Origin: Candidatus Latescibacterota bacterium
Lineage (GTDB): Bacteria; Latescibacterota; UBA2968; UBA8231
NCBI GenBank assembly: GCA_963422735.1
Contig: OY730476.1
Span: forward strand, 4,736,001-4,800,000
DNA: 64,000 nucleotides
Reading direction: 5' to 3'
Shown here piece by piece: positions 17,358 to 27,313 of this stretch. A program made the position numbers and the translations under genes. Numbering within the stretch: the first letter of the stretch is position 1; each line of letters starts with the position of its first letter. The notes beneath the pieces are model-generated. The model searched no databases. It saw nothing but the letters and a program-made list of their open reading frames with translations, and was not told where the DNA came from.

Positions 17358-19960
17358 CCTCTTCTTTCGGCTGGTCGGCCACCCAAACGCTCTTCCTCTT
17401 GCCCGGCATAGATCTCGATGAAGGCAATAGTATTGCTCACGTCTTGGTCGGTGAGGTTGGCGAAGTTGATGTCGTTGACCTGAAAGCCAACGTTGGATGT
17501 GACGCTGTATCCTAGGTACTGCACCCGATTGGTGTACTGCACGGTGAACACTTTGCCGATGAAGTCGTCGATATATTCGGGCGGCAGCGGGTCTGGAATC
17601 GCCTCGGCATTGCGAAAGATTATGGCTTCCACCCCGACCTCGACGCGGCTTCTCGTCAGCACCGGGAACACGGCGGACAGGGAAAAAATTTCGCTTAATT
17701 CGTTGATCTCAAGCTGGACAGTGCGCGGTTGGGTGCGCTTGCGCCACATGTTTTTCCAGCGCGGGATCAAGGTGATGTTGCGCCCGATGGGAAACGGATA
17801 ATCCGCCTTGTTGATCACGCCAAAGAATGCGCTGTCGCGGAGACGCTCGGCCGCTTCGTCGCGCTGCTTGAAGTGATCGAGGCGGAACTTGTTGGTAAAG
17901 CTCAGGTTGCCACGGGTGTACTTGTAGCCGACGAAGCTCTGATTGACGATGGTGTTTTCGGTGATTCGGGGATCGTCAAAAGGTTGCAAGCCGCCAATCG
18001 AGCCAGGGCGCTGCACCCATTGCAGTAGGTTGTCGGCAATATTGTCTTCGACGGACTTGAGCATGTGGACGACCTCAAACTTGCCCGTCCTGGAGATGTC
18101 GCGCACCGCGCTGAGCAGCGCGAACACGGCTGTTGACCGCTCTTGGCCGGCGATCAGCCACTCGCGATTGCGGCCTATGGTAATATTGATACCTGGATAA
18201 ATCTCGGCCCCTCCGTACACATTCCAGCCGCGATGGCCCTTGCGGTAGGGGTAGTCGGCTTCGTCGTCGTTTTCAAAGCGGTCCACCACGGTGTTGTGGT
18301 TCATATCGACGCCGAAGAGGAAATCGGGCGGGTCAATGTAGTGGCGCAGAAACGGCTCTTCGTAGTCCGGGGTGAGGTTGGAGTTTTCGTTGAAGTCCGA
18401 GAGCAGGTCGTTGTTTTCGTCGAGGCCGGGGAAGACGGCGTTGTCGCCGCCCCCACCGCCAAAGCGCGGCCAATCGACGAGCTGGTCTTGATCGTCGTTG
18501 TCGTCAATGTACTCGAACCAATTCTGCCGCTGGTTTTCGTAGTCCACGACATCGTTTTGGTCGGTGATGTACCCACGCGTGGTGTACCCGTAGTCCATGC
18601 TGAACGCTTCGCCGTAGCCAAAGTAGCGGCCCGTGCGGCGCGTGGCGTTGACGAACCAAGCATCGGCCGTGCGGTCGCTCTTTTTGAGGTTGCCCAGTTT
18701 CTGGATGTTGATGTTGGGATAGCGCTGAAACTGGGTGTTGCGCGCGAATTCGCCGCGCACCTCCATGCCCCACATATCCTCGATGACCAAGTCCACGCTG
18801 GCGATTTGGTTGGCCGAGGGCAGCCCGTAGTCAAAGCGGACGACGCGCTGGTTGGTGTTATCGCGCACATTGCCTTCGGAGCGGGTGACCAGCAAGAAGA
18901 TGGGCTGGCCGTTGATATTCGTCTGCAAGTTGGAGGTTATCTCCACTCGGTAGTCGTTGGAGAGCACCATGGCAAAGCTGACCTTTTGCACCACCAGCGG
19001 ATCGGGGACTCGGTAGCGGAGCAGGATCGGGGCCTCTTCAAGGGCTTCGAGAAAGCCCTCGCGCTGGCGACCACCCTCAATGGTGGGATTAACCGAGGTC
19101 TCTTGGCCATCGACGATCATCTGTGCCGAGAAGAACAGGGCACCAGAGCCATCGCCGGGCGAGTCGTCGGAGATGCGAACGGTTATTTCAGTGACATTGC
19201 CCGAATTTTGGCTGCTGGTCAGCAAGCCGGCGCGCGAGTTTTCCGAGAAATTGCTGCTCGCCGAGCCGAAGTTCGTATTGACATAGGTGACCCCTAAGCC
19301 CATGAAGTCGCCGATTTGGGCGGCACCGCGCAGGCCGACAAAGTTGGTGAAGTCCGTGTCTTGCACTCGGTTGGATCCCTGTACGGCTCGCACTGGCTCA
19401 TTGATGCGCGACAGCAGCACGGTGGTCTCGTACTTGTCGGACGCAAAGTCCCACTGGACGCCGTTGAAGCGCGAACGGCTGAAGGTCAGCGGGGTCAGGG
19501 TCGTGCGGATTTGGTCGCCGATGGTCAGAGCGGAGTAGTACTGGCCCTTGGAGTCCGCGGCTACGATTAGGTTTTGGAACCAACTGCTGAATTTCTGGTC
19601 TTTGAAGACCGCGCTGCCGAAGGCCAGCGGCTGCTGCTGACGCCACTCGTAGATGCGCCAGCCGCGGGTGATCCAGTTGCCGAAGATATCGTACTGGCCC
19701 GTGCCCTCCAGCGAAGTGCGGACGTAGCGCTGATACGGTTCCTTGGCGTAGTTGGTGTACTTGTAGCCTCCCCAGTGGTAGATGTAGTAGAGGTCTTGGG
19801 GCACGTACCACTTGCGCAGAGTCGGGATCAGCGGGTCGAAGCCCTCGATTCTAACCTGCGAAGTGGCACCGCGCTCGCGCCCTGGAGTTGCCGCTTCGAC
19901 GCTGGACGCCGCAACGGCCAGGACGAGCAAGGCAACCCCCCAGAACATAACTTTGTGCAT
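17345..19960 (-). CDS. 871-aa secreted, probable outer-membrane protein with Ca-binding Asp-rich loops
   Basis: Signal peptide; alternating amphipathic strands; DDNDDQD and DENNDLLSD motifs; terminal WSF. Confidence 0.6.
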   Translation of the reverse strand: MHKVMFWGVALLVLAVAASSVEAATPGRERGATSQVRIEGFDPLIPTLRKWYVPQDLYYIYHWGGYKYTNYAKEPYQRYVRTSLEGTGQYDIFGNWITRGWRIYEWRQQQPLAFGSAVFKDQKFSSWFQNLIVAADSKGQYYSALTIGDQIRTTLTPLTFSRSRFNGVQWDFASDKYETTVLLSRINEPVRAVQGSNRVQDTDFTNFVGLRGAAQIGDFMGLGVTYVNTNFGSASSNFSENSRAGLLTSSQNSGNVTEITVRISDDSPGDGSGALFFSAQMIVDGQETSVNPTIEGGRQREGFLEALEEAPILLRYRVPDPLVVQKVSFAMVLSNDYRVEITSNLQTNINGQPIFLLVTRSEGNVRDNTNQRVVRFDYGLPSANQIASVDLVIEDMWGMEVRGEFARNTQFQRYPNINIQKLGNLKKSDRTADAWFVNATRRTGRYFGYGEAFSMDYGYTTRGYITDQNDVVDYENQRQNWFEYIDDNDDQDQLVDWPRFGGGGGDNAVFPGLDENNDLLSDFNENSNLTPDYEEPFLRHYIDPPDFLFGVDMNHNTVVDRFENDDEADYPYRKGHRGWNVYGGAEIYPGINITIGRNREWLIAGQERSTAVFALLSAVRDISRTGKFEVVHMLKSVEDNIADNLLQWVQRPGSIGGLQPFDDPRITENTIVNQSFVGYKYTRGNLSFTNKFRLDHFKQRDEAAERLRDSAFFGVINKADYPFPIGRNITLIPRWKNMWRKRTQPRTVQLEINELSEIFSLSAVFPVLTRSRVEVGVEAIIFRNAEAIPDPLPPEYIDDFIGKVFTVQYTNRVQYLGYSVTSNVGFQVNDINFANLTDQDVSNTIAFIEIYAGQEEERLGGRPAERRGWSF

Positions 19961-19989
19961 AACAACCCTCCCTTAAAGCGTTTTTAAGT

Positions 19990-20020
19990 AGTTAGCTGGC
20001 CACTAACCACTAACCACTGA
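19990..20020. repeat. Short heptamer repeat element
   Basis: CTGGCCA CTAACCA CTAACCA CTGA; same units as at 4597 and 49805. Confidence 0.8.
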
Positions 20021-20024
20021 TACA

Positions 20025-21806
20025 TCAATATACTACGGCAATGCTCCGCATCTGCGTGGCGACGCCGGCGTCGGTAGCAGCCTCGAGGCGAAGCAAGTAC
20101 ATACCCGGCGGCACGGCACCAGCGTCGTCGCGACCATCCCAGCTAACTTGGTTGGGGCCGGAGCGATCGCGGGCTTTGTAGAGGTGATGCACCGGCCGAC
20201 CGCTCAAGTCGTACACGACGACCTCGACCTCGACCTCGTGAGTCGCCTTGAGCAGGATGTAGTCGAGGGTGATCTGGTCGTTGATGCCGTCGCCATTGGG
20301 CGTGATTACCGCGGACGAGAACACGACGCCGGTAAAAAGCTCGTCGTCGATGCGGGCGCTGACGACGAGCGTGTTGTCGGCGACTTCCTCGGCCGCATCG
20401 CCAAAAGCGATTCGCTGCGGAAACGCATCGGACTGGCTGTCGGCGATCTCGCCGCGAAATTCCGTGCCAGAGACGGTTACCAAGCTGGCGAAGCGCACTG
20501 CGACTTCTTGGCCGCTGCGGGTAATGCGTTCGTCGGGGAAGCTCACCTGTAAGCGGCCCAAATCGGACGCCGAGGTGAAGTTGTCAATCTCGACCCCATT
20601 GACGCGTACGCCCGTGGCGCGGGCTGCAAACGGAGTGTGGATGATCACGGTGTCGAAGCCGCGATTGCCGCTTGAGACGACCGAGCGCAGGTGATAGGTA
20701 AATTCGCTCTCCTGACCGAGGGTCGCCGTGGCTGGGCTGATTTCGGCAATGACCGAATCGGCGAGGGACGGCACCGTGTAGTTGAAGACCACCGAATCGA
20801 TGACGGCTTTGTCGAGCAAGCTGTTCGACAGGAGCTTGAATTGGAACTGGAGGTAGCGCCGGTTGTCCGGAGAATTGATCGAGGATTCGAGTAGTTCGGC
20901 GTAGGGCGGGGACCACGCACTCCAGTCGCGGTCGTTTTCGAGGATGACGCCTGCATACGAGGGGTCGAGTGTGCGGTCGAAATCCGCTAAGGCCACTTCC
21001 TCCAATTCCCCGGGAATGCCCGTCTGGCGGAAGTAGAGCGAGTCCGTGACGACGAAGCCGGTCTTGGTGCTGAATTGGGCTTGAGCGCTGCCGTCGATGC
21101 GGCTATATACATCGACCGGCCCGAAGTTAGCCGCTTCCCCCAGATCAATCACTTGCGATATGTACTGGGCAAAGGGCGTGACACCGACGCCAAAAACTTC
21201 GAGGTCGCCCATCTGGAAGCCGCGTTCGCCCGTGCTACGCAGCCTGAAAAAGCGCACCTGCGTCGGCGGGAAGCTTAGGTCCAGCTCGGGCAGGCCGTGC
21301 GAGCGATCTTGTGCTATGAGCGCGTACACGGGATTGCCGCCGACAAAGTTGAGCGAATCGCCGTCGTTGACATAGAACTCGTAGCCGCGCAGCGAGCGCT
21401 CGTCATCGTTGAGGACGCCGCGCCGAAAATAGAGGCGATGGAGGACAAAGATGGCGCCCATATCGACTTCGAGTTCGGCCCCGTTGGGGTTGGTGTACAC
21501 GCGCCAGCCCGTGGTGTGGGAGTCGTCAATGAGTTCGTTGATTATCTGATTGGAACGCGCCGCGGCCGTGCGCACCGAGGTGGTCGCGCTGCCGCCGAGC
21601 TCCTTGATGCGCGGCAGGATGTTTTCCTCGGGATCGGCCTCTAGGGGCGACAGACCCCCTTCGTCGGTGACTTCGAGTGCGTTGAAGACGAGCGAGTTGC
21701 GCTCCCACTCCAGCCCATCGCCGCCTATTTTGAGCCGTTCCGCGGCTGTGGCCGGAGTGCTGCATCCCATCGCTAGGCAGGCTAATGCGAGTGCGGCACG
21801 GGTCAT
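20025..21806 (-). CDS. Secreted discoidin-like protein with C-terminal FlgD/CHU-type (T9SS type-B-like) domain, paralog 1
   Basis: Signal peptide/lipobox; WSAWS; RRYLQF; ITPNGDGIND...YDLSGR...WDGRD...PGMY. Confidence 0.8.
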   Translation of the reverse strand: MTRAALALACLAMGCSTPATAAERLKIGGDGLEWERNSLVFNALEVTDEGGLSPLEADPEENILPRIKELGGSATTSVRTAAARSNQIINELIDDSHTTGWRVYTNPNGAELEVDMGAIFVLHRLYFRRGVLNDDERSLRGYEFYVNDGDSLNFVGGNPVYALIAQDRSHGLPELDLSFPPTQVRFFRLRSTGERGFQMGDLEVFGVGVTPFAQYISQVIDLGEAANFGPVDVYSRIDGSAQAQFSTKTGFVVTDSLYFRQTGIPGELEEVALADFDRTLDPSYAGVILENDRDWSAWSPPYAELLESSINSPDNRRYLQFQFKLLSNSLLDKAVIDSVVFNYTVPSLADSVIAEISPATATLGQESEFTYHLRSVVSSGNRGFDTVIIHTPFAARATGVRVNGVEIDNFTSASDLGRLQVSFPDERITRSGQEVAVRFASLVTVSGTEFRGEIADSQSDAFPQRIAFGDAAEEVADNTLVVSARIDDELFTGVVFSSAVITPNGDGINDQITLDYILLKATHEVEVEVVVYDLSGRPVHHLYKARDRSGPNQVSWDGRDDAGAVPPGMYLLRLEAATDAGVATQMRSIAVVY

Positions 21807-21848
21807 CGCTGTTCCTTTTTGCTGTAATAGTGGCAAAAGCAGGCTCCC

Positions 21849-24224
21849 TCAGTAGGCCACCGGCACGATCCGCTGCACCGTCTCGGTATAGGAGTCGCCG
21901 GCAATTTCGATCTGCGCTAGATAGGTCCCTGGTCGCACGAGATCACCGGTGTGGTCGCGGCCATTCCAAGTAAAGCGATAGCGCCGAGCGAGCCCATCGC
22001 CGCTGTCGAGAACGCGCACTTTGTGGCCGGCCAAGTCGTAAATGTGGACCCGGATTGGCCGCGGCGTCACTAGCTTGAGCGCGTCGAATTCAATGACCAG
22101 CTCATCGCCGGCCCCATCGCCATTAGGCGTCAGTACGCGCGGCGCAAGGGCGACGTTAGTCAGTAGGCGGTCGTTGACCGGTAGTTGCACTGAGATGGAT
22201 TCGCTCGGCACATCGGTTTTGGCGTCGCCTTGGTCGACGAGTTGGCGCACGTTGGTGCCGAGGTTGCTGTTGCCGAGGAAAAGATCGAAGCGCGTTTGGT
22301 TCTGGTAAATGGTACTGCTAAACGAAAGCTCGATTAGCGCCGAGCGGCGGACTGTGGTCGGTAGATCGACGACAAACCCCTCGGCGACCGGGGTGATTGT
22401 GCCCTCCACTGGCTCGTCGCCCAACTTCAGACTGGTGAAATCAACGGGCACGGACGCGGTCATAGTCAGGCGGTCAAAGCCCTGCGAGCGCCCGCCAAAG
22501 ATCGGCAGGACAAAATACGTAAAGTCCTTTTTGACGCCCGGTTCGACTTGACTGGGAAAGACCTCGGCACGGGTTTCGAGGGCAATGGGATTTTCCACGT
22601 TCAAGTGTAGGGCGTCAATCGACGGTGCCGCGTTGGGGTCGTCTGAGATCAGGCGCAGATCGAGCTGGGCATAGCGACGCGGCGAGGGCGAGCTAAAGAG
22701 CGCGCCGGAAGTCACGTAAGGGTCGCTCCAGACGCTCCAGTCCGAGCCGACGGAAATTGTGGTTTCGGTTGGCCCGCGCAGGCTCTTGGGCGTCTTGTTC
22801 CACTTCCGCTCGGTGATCTCTTTGCCCTTCTTGTCGAAGTAGTGAATACGCTCGACGACTTCCCCGCCAGTGCGGCTGCGCAGCTCGATGCGCGTGCCGG
22901 GCGGAACATCGGCGTCCCACTCGACCGAGGTCAGGGCCTTGGCTTGGCCGAGGTCGAGGATCGGCGAGGTGAACTGCAACTCGGCCGGAAAGCCCTCGCC
23001 GTAGATCTGGAACTCGCTAATCAGGGCGAAAAGGCGGTAGGTGCCGTGGGTGCCGGTGCGATCGCCGCCGTGGCGGGAGGATGGGAAAAACTGCTTGATG
23101 TAGCGAATTTTCTGCAAGTCGAATTGGTGGTCGAAGTTGCGAATAGTCGTCTCGTTCAGCGGGCTGTCGTCAACAAAGGCGATCTCGTGGAAATTTAAGG
23201 TGCCGTCCGGGGCGATCGATCCGTCGGAAGCGAGGAGCTGGTACCAGAAGAAATTGGCGTAACGACTGCGAATCCGCGACGGGGCACCGGCCGGCTCGCC
23301 GATGATGCGGATCTGGTCGATCCAGTAATGGGCCCCTAGATCGAAGATGATGCGATTGAAGATGTCGAAGCCGGTCTGGGTCTGGTGATAAGTCTGCATG
23401 CCCCAGTTGGTTACAATATCGCCGTCAACCATGTTCTCGCCGCCGGAGAGCACGGCCTGCAAGTCGGTGACGAGTTCGATGTTGCCACCGCGCTCAATGA
23501 TCCCGAGGGAGATGTTGTCGCCGATAGTGGAAGCCGAAATCTCGGCTAGGCCAGCTTTCTCGACGAACTTGGACAGTTCAATGCGAATGATGCGGACTAG
23601 GCCCGAGGATTCTTTGAACTCGCGGACGGTGCCCTCGACAAAGCCGCCGCTAATGTCGTCCGAACCGGACGCGCTCAAGCCGAGGGTGCGCTGGCGGGGG
23701 TCGAGGACGAGCGTGTGGCTTTTATTGAAGCCAATTGCCTTGGAGAGACCGTAGCCCAAGGTGCCTTCTACGGGTACTAGTGCGTTGGTAAAGAACTTCT
23801 CGCCGCTCGACAGTAGGATGTTGAAAAACTCAAAGGGCGGCGCGGAATTGTCGAAAGTGATGACGATCTCGGAGGCGGTCACCAGGCGGCCCAAGTCGAG
23901 TTCGATATAGGCGTTTTCAAGGCCATCGGCCGGGTCGGGCGACCAGCTAGTCGTCGGATTGCCATCTATGATGAGGCCGGCGTCGCGGGCGTTGCTGCCG
24001 ACGCGGCGGATGCCGCCGCCAAAGCCCTCGGCATTGCGCACGGCGTCGATGTTTTTGCGCACGGGCACGGGCTGGATGCGGCCGGTCGCTTGTAGCTCCA
24101 CGGCGCGGACCGGGTACTCCCACTCTTGCCAAGCGGATCGGGTGTCAAACGAGACGCGCTCGCCAAAGGCGAAACTAGCTAACGCTATAACGAGGCCTAG
24201 TGCGCGAGTGATTGTCATAGCCAT
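21849..24224 (-). CDS. Secreted discoidin-like protein with FlgD/CHU-type CTD, paralog 2
   Basis: IDGNPTTSW, IELDLG, WSVWS, SPSPRRY, LTPNGDG, WNGRD. Confidence 0.8.
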   Translation of the reverse strand: MAMTITRALGLVIALASFAFGERVSFDTRSAWQEWEYPVRAVELQATGRIQPVPVRKNIDAVRNAEGFGGGIRRVGSNARDAGLIIDGNPTTSWSPDPADGLENAYIELDLGRLVTASEIVITFDNSAPPFEFFNILLSSGEKFFTNALVPVEGTLGYGLSKAIGFNKSHTLVLDPRQRTLGLSASGSDDISGGFVEGTVREFKESSGLVRIIRIELSKFVEKAGLAEISASTIGDNISLGIIERGGNIELVTDLQAVLSGGENMVDGDIVTNWGMQTYHQTQTGFDIFNRIIFDLGAHYWIDQIRIIGEPAGAPSRIRSRYANFFWYQLLASDGSIAPDGTLNFHEIAFVDDSPLNETTIRNFDHQFDLQKIRYIKQFFPSSRHGGDRTGTHGTYRLFALISEFQIYGEGFPAELQFTSPILDLGQAKALTSVEWDADVPPGTRIELRSRTGGEVVERIHYFDKKGKEITERKWNKTPKSLRGPTETTISVGSDWSVWSDPYVTSGALFSSPSPRRYAQLDLRLISDDPNAAPSIDALHLNVENPIALETRAEVFPSQVEPGVKKDFTYFVLPIFGGRSQGFDRLTMTASVPVDFTSLKLGDEPVEGTITPVAEGFVVDLPTTVRRSALIELSFSSTIYQNQTRFDLFLGNSNLGTNVRQLVDQGDAKTDVPSESISVQLPVNDRLLTNVALAPRVLTPNGDGAGDELVIEFDALKLVTPRPIRVHIYDLAGHKVRVLDSGDGLARRYRFTWNGRDHTGDLVRPGTYLAQIEIAGDSYTETVQRIVPVAY

Positions 24225-24281
24225 GTTCCCTTAGTCCGTCTTAAACATTGATCTGCCATAGTAGGCTGGCTGCGTGCGCTC

Positions 24282-26081
24282 TCAGTACGCCAGCCCTACC
24301 AGCAGCGACCGGTCCTCAGAGCCGGTATCCGTATCAATGGAAAGCCGCAGGATGTAGAGCCCAGGCGGCGGGGTGGCTCCGTTCTCGTCCAAGCCGTCCC
24401 AAGTCACTTGCTGCGGCCCGTTGAGCGTACCGCTTTTTTGCAAGTGCCGCACTGGGCGGCCGGCGAGGTCGTACACGATTAGGTCGGCGGGCACCTGCGA
24501 GAGGGCGCGCAGCAAGATATAGGACACCCGTAGATGGTCGTTGACTCCGTCGCCGTTGGGGCTGAATATCGGTGGGTCGGCCCCCAATTCGAGGATGAGC
24601 TCTTGGCGCAACGCGCCCTGGATGGATAGGCGGTCGGCTTGGACTTCGGGGGAGGCGTCTCCGGCCACCACGTCTTGGCCGAGTTCGCCCGTTTGGCTGT
24701 CGAAAACCTTGGCAAAAAAGGTGGTGCCATAGACGGTCACCATGGCCTCGAAGCGGATGCGCAAACGCTGGCCCGACTCGGTCACTCGGTCATCGGTCAG
24801 TTGGATGGCCAGCTTGCTCTCGTCCTGTGCATCCTCCTCTGTAAAGGATACGGATATCCCGTCTAGCTCGACGCTGTTTACCTCGGCCTTAAAGGGCGTT
24901 TTGATCTCCACGCGGTCGAACCCGTCGTTGGCCGGGCCGAAAGTCGAGCGAATGTAGTAGTCAAAGGTGTTGCTCTCGCCGAGGGTGACCGTCGCTGGAA
25001 AGACTTCGGCCGTCAGCTCTTCGGCCAGCGTCGGGACCGAATAGTCAAAGGCGAACGAATCGACAAAGGCCGACTGGCGGGCATCCTCGGACGAAAACAA
25101 CAGGCGGAACTGGACGTAGCGGCGGTTGCCCGGGGATAGTAGCGCGCCAAAGAAGTCCTCGTATGGTGCCGACCAAGGGCTCCACTCTTCGATGTTGTCG
25201 ATAATCGCACCCTTGTTGGACGAGGTCAGATCGTCGTACTCGGCGGCCGCTTCGGGCGAGCCTATCGGCAAGATAGGCTCTTCCTGCCGATCCTCGCCCT
25301 CGAAGACCTCGGTTTTGCGATAGTAAATTTTGGGGTCGGGCACCGTGCCGGTGCGCGTCTGCAATACCACATTAGTCAAGGGGTCGAAGCGGGTCTGCAA
25401 GCGAATTTGGCCAAAGTTAGCCGCCTCGCCGAGGTCGATGACTTCGGAGAGATAGCTGCCGGTGGGCGCGAAGCCATCGCCAAAGACCTCGACTTCCTCG
25501 ACGATGAACTCTTGGCCCGAGCGGCTAATTAGGCGGATGAAGCGCACGAACTGGAGGGGGATGTGGGCGTCGATATCCGATTCGCTCTGTTCGAGATTTG
25601 CGCTGACTTGGTTGATGAAGGCAATCGGACGGTCCTCGCGCAGTTGCTCGGGATTGCCGTCGTGAACAAAAAGCTCATAGGCGCGGAGAAAGATGTCGGG
25701 GTTGCCCTGAAAGCGAATGCGGTTGATCGGCAGAATCGCGCCTAAGTCGATCAGCATGGAGGTGCCGTCGGGGCGGCGCTCGCGGGTGACGCGCCAGAAG
25801 GTCTCAGCATTGCCGTCGGTGAGCAGGCCGGTCAGCTCCTCGCGCGACTGCGGCGAGGAGATGGTGCCACCTCGCCGCTTTAGAGTGAGGATTTCGACGG
25901 CATTGGTGGTCGAGTCCACCACGGCCGGCAGCAGGACGGATTGGTCGGTGGTGAGTCCGGTCAGCTCGCCGACATCGTCCCATGCAAAGCCAGAGCCTCC
26001 TGCGGTCCACACTTCTACAGCATCGGCCGCCCTAGCGCCCAACAGAATGCAGATCAACAGCCTAAATCGCCATTTGAACAT
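24282..26081 (-). CDS. Secreted discoidin-like protein with FlgD/CHU-type CTD, paralog 3
   Basis: TDGNAETFW, IDLG, WSPWS, RRYVQF, FSPNGDGVND, WDGLD. Confidence 0.8.
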   Translation of the reverse strand: MFKWRFRLLICILLGARAADAVEVWTAGGSGFAWDDVGELTGLTTDQSVLLPAVVDSTTNAVEILTLKRRGGTISSPQSREELTGLLTDGNAETFWRVTRERRPDGTSMLIDLGAILPINRIRFQGNPDIFLRAYELFVHDGNPEQLREDRPIAFINQVSANLEQSESDIDAHIPLQFVRFIRLISRSGQEFIVEEVEVFGDGFAPTGSYLSEVIDLGEAANFGQIRLQTRFDPLTNVVLQTRTGTVPDPKIYYRKTEVFEGEDRQEEPILPIGSPEAAAEYDDLTSSNKGAIIDNIEEWSPWSAPYEDFFGALLSPGNRRYVQFRLLFSSEDARQSAFVDSFAFDYSVPTLAEELTAEVFPATVTLGESNTFDYYIRSTFGPANDGFDRVEIKTPFKAEVNSVELDGISVSFTEEDAQDESKLAIQLTDDRVTESGQRLRIRFEAMVTVYGTTFFAKVFDSQTGELGQDVVAGDASPEVQADRLSIQGALRQELILELGADPPIFSPNGDGVNDHLRVSYILLRALSQVPADLIVYDLAGRPVRHLQKSGTLNGPQQVTWDGLDENGATPPPGLYILRLSIDTDTGSEDRSLLVGLAY

Positions 26082-26109
26082 AGCGCGTGTCGCCTCTTGC
26101 CCCATAGAC

Positions 26110-26143
26110 AAAATAAGGGGAGGGGAACGCGTTCCCCTCCCCT
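26110..26143 (-). terminator. Intrinsic terminator
   Basis: Perfect palindrome AGGGGAGGGGAACGCGTTCCCCTCCCCT followed by TATTTT on the minus strand. Confidence 0.8.
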
Positions 26144-26188
26144 ATGTGCAATAAACGTAACGTAAGACGAAAACTGCCTAAAGCCGAT

Positions 26189-27100
26189 TTAGAGTTCTTC
26201 GCCTACCAGCGACTTGATTTGGCCCCAAGAGCTTTCCTCGACCGAGGTGTCCACTTCTTCGATCCCCGTCAGGAAGATGTCGGGCATGCCGCCGCTGTTC
26301 ATAAACTGTTCGGCCATGCTGTACTGGGCCTGCCAGAAGAAACCGTTCTCGCAGCAGTCCTCAGAGAGCGGATCGTTGCCATTGGCGTTGAGACCTTCGT
26401 CGGCATCGTCAACCGAGATCGACATGCCGATGGTCTGCTCGGCCGCGAGCGTCCACACCGTGCTGGCGTCCGGGCCGCCGCTGATCGAGATCGGGTCCAT
26501 CAGTTCGGCGCTGAACTCGTAGTAATACTCTTGACCTTGATTGACCTGACCGGCATCGACGAAGTCGGTGTGGGTCCACCAGAAGTTCAGGGCGTCTTGC
26601 TCAAAATTGCCCAGCGCACCGTTGTACATCTGGACGCGCGAGAACTGCTCGGAGAAGCTCAGGCACATCTGGTAGGCCGGCTGCAAGTCTTGGTCGTTGG
26701 GCGCCGAGTACGGGCCGCCGCCTTGGTTGTCGGGATCAAAATGCACTTCGCAGTTGTCGTCGCGGAAGGTGCAGGCGGGGTTCTTATCGACGATCAGGAA
26801 ATCGTCGTGAACGTGAATCATGGCGTGAATGCGATTGTTGGCATCGCTCCAGCCGATGATCAGGTCGATAAACAGGTCATCGGCGTCGTCGGCACCGCCG
26901 GTCAGCGGATTCATGTCTTCAATGGTGACCTCAAAACTGCGATCAACCCAAGCCCAGTCGGAATTGTCTCCATCGATGGTGGGCAGGGCGTTGCCGGGGA
27001 TACCCACGGCAAAAAAGAGCGGTACTTCAGCCGGCTCCTGCGCAAAGGCAGTACCAGCGACGAGTAACGCGCCTAGAGTCAAAGCTAGGACTTTGCGCAT
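26189..27100 (-). CDS. Acidic secreted protein, CBM9/DOMON-like, with C-terminal SVEESSWGQIK motif
   Basis: Strong RBS GAGGAGG; signal peptide ending AFA; PTIDG..DW; V.DD; D..EV.FDP; SWGQIK tail. Confidence 0.7.
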   Translation of the reverse strand: MRKVLALTLGALLVAGTAFAQEPAEVPLFFAVGIPGNALPTIDGDNSDWAWVDRSFEVTIEDMNPLTGGADDADDLFIDLIIGWSDANNRIHAMIHVHDDFLIVDKNPACTFRDDNCEVHFDPDNQGGGPYSAPNDQDLQPAYQMCLSFSEQFSRVQMYNGALGNFEQDALNFWWTHTDFVDAGQVNQGQEYYYEFSAELMDPISISGGPDASTVWTLAAEQTIGMSISVDDADEGLNANGNDPLSEDCCENGFFWQAQYSMAEQFMNSGGMPDIFLTGIEEVDTSVEESSWGQIKSLVGEEL

Positions 27101-27135
27101 TGTTAAATCCTCCTCAATAGTGATCGTGAAAAGAT

Positions 27136-27170
27136 AAAAGAAAAGGCCCGCCATAGGGCTTCAACGGGCG
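27136..27170 (-). terminator. Terminator-like hairpin upstream of the 27100 start
   Basis: GCCCG...CGGGC followed by CTTTTCTTTT. Confidence 0.5.
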
Positions 27171-27313
27171 GAATTACGAGGTTTCTCAAAAGAGTAGCGG
27201 TTGGTACTTCGCACCTCCTTTCGTCGGCGATTTTTGGGTCATTCTTTGTATAATAGTCGGGTAAACAAATAAATATGTGCTTGCCTGTCAAGATTTTTCT
27301 GCTCGCGAACCTC

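Noticed and set aside
18143-19297. Long antisense ORFs (e.g. 384 aa here, 26144..27067, 48743..49744, 53589..54704)
   Set aside because: Typical high-GC shadow frames opposite well-supported genes, with no motifs.
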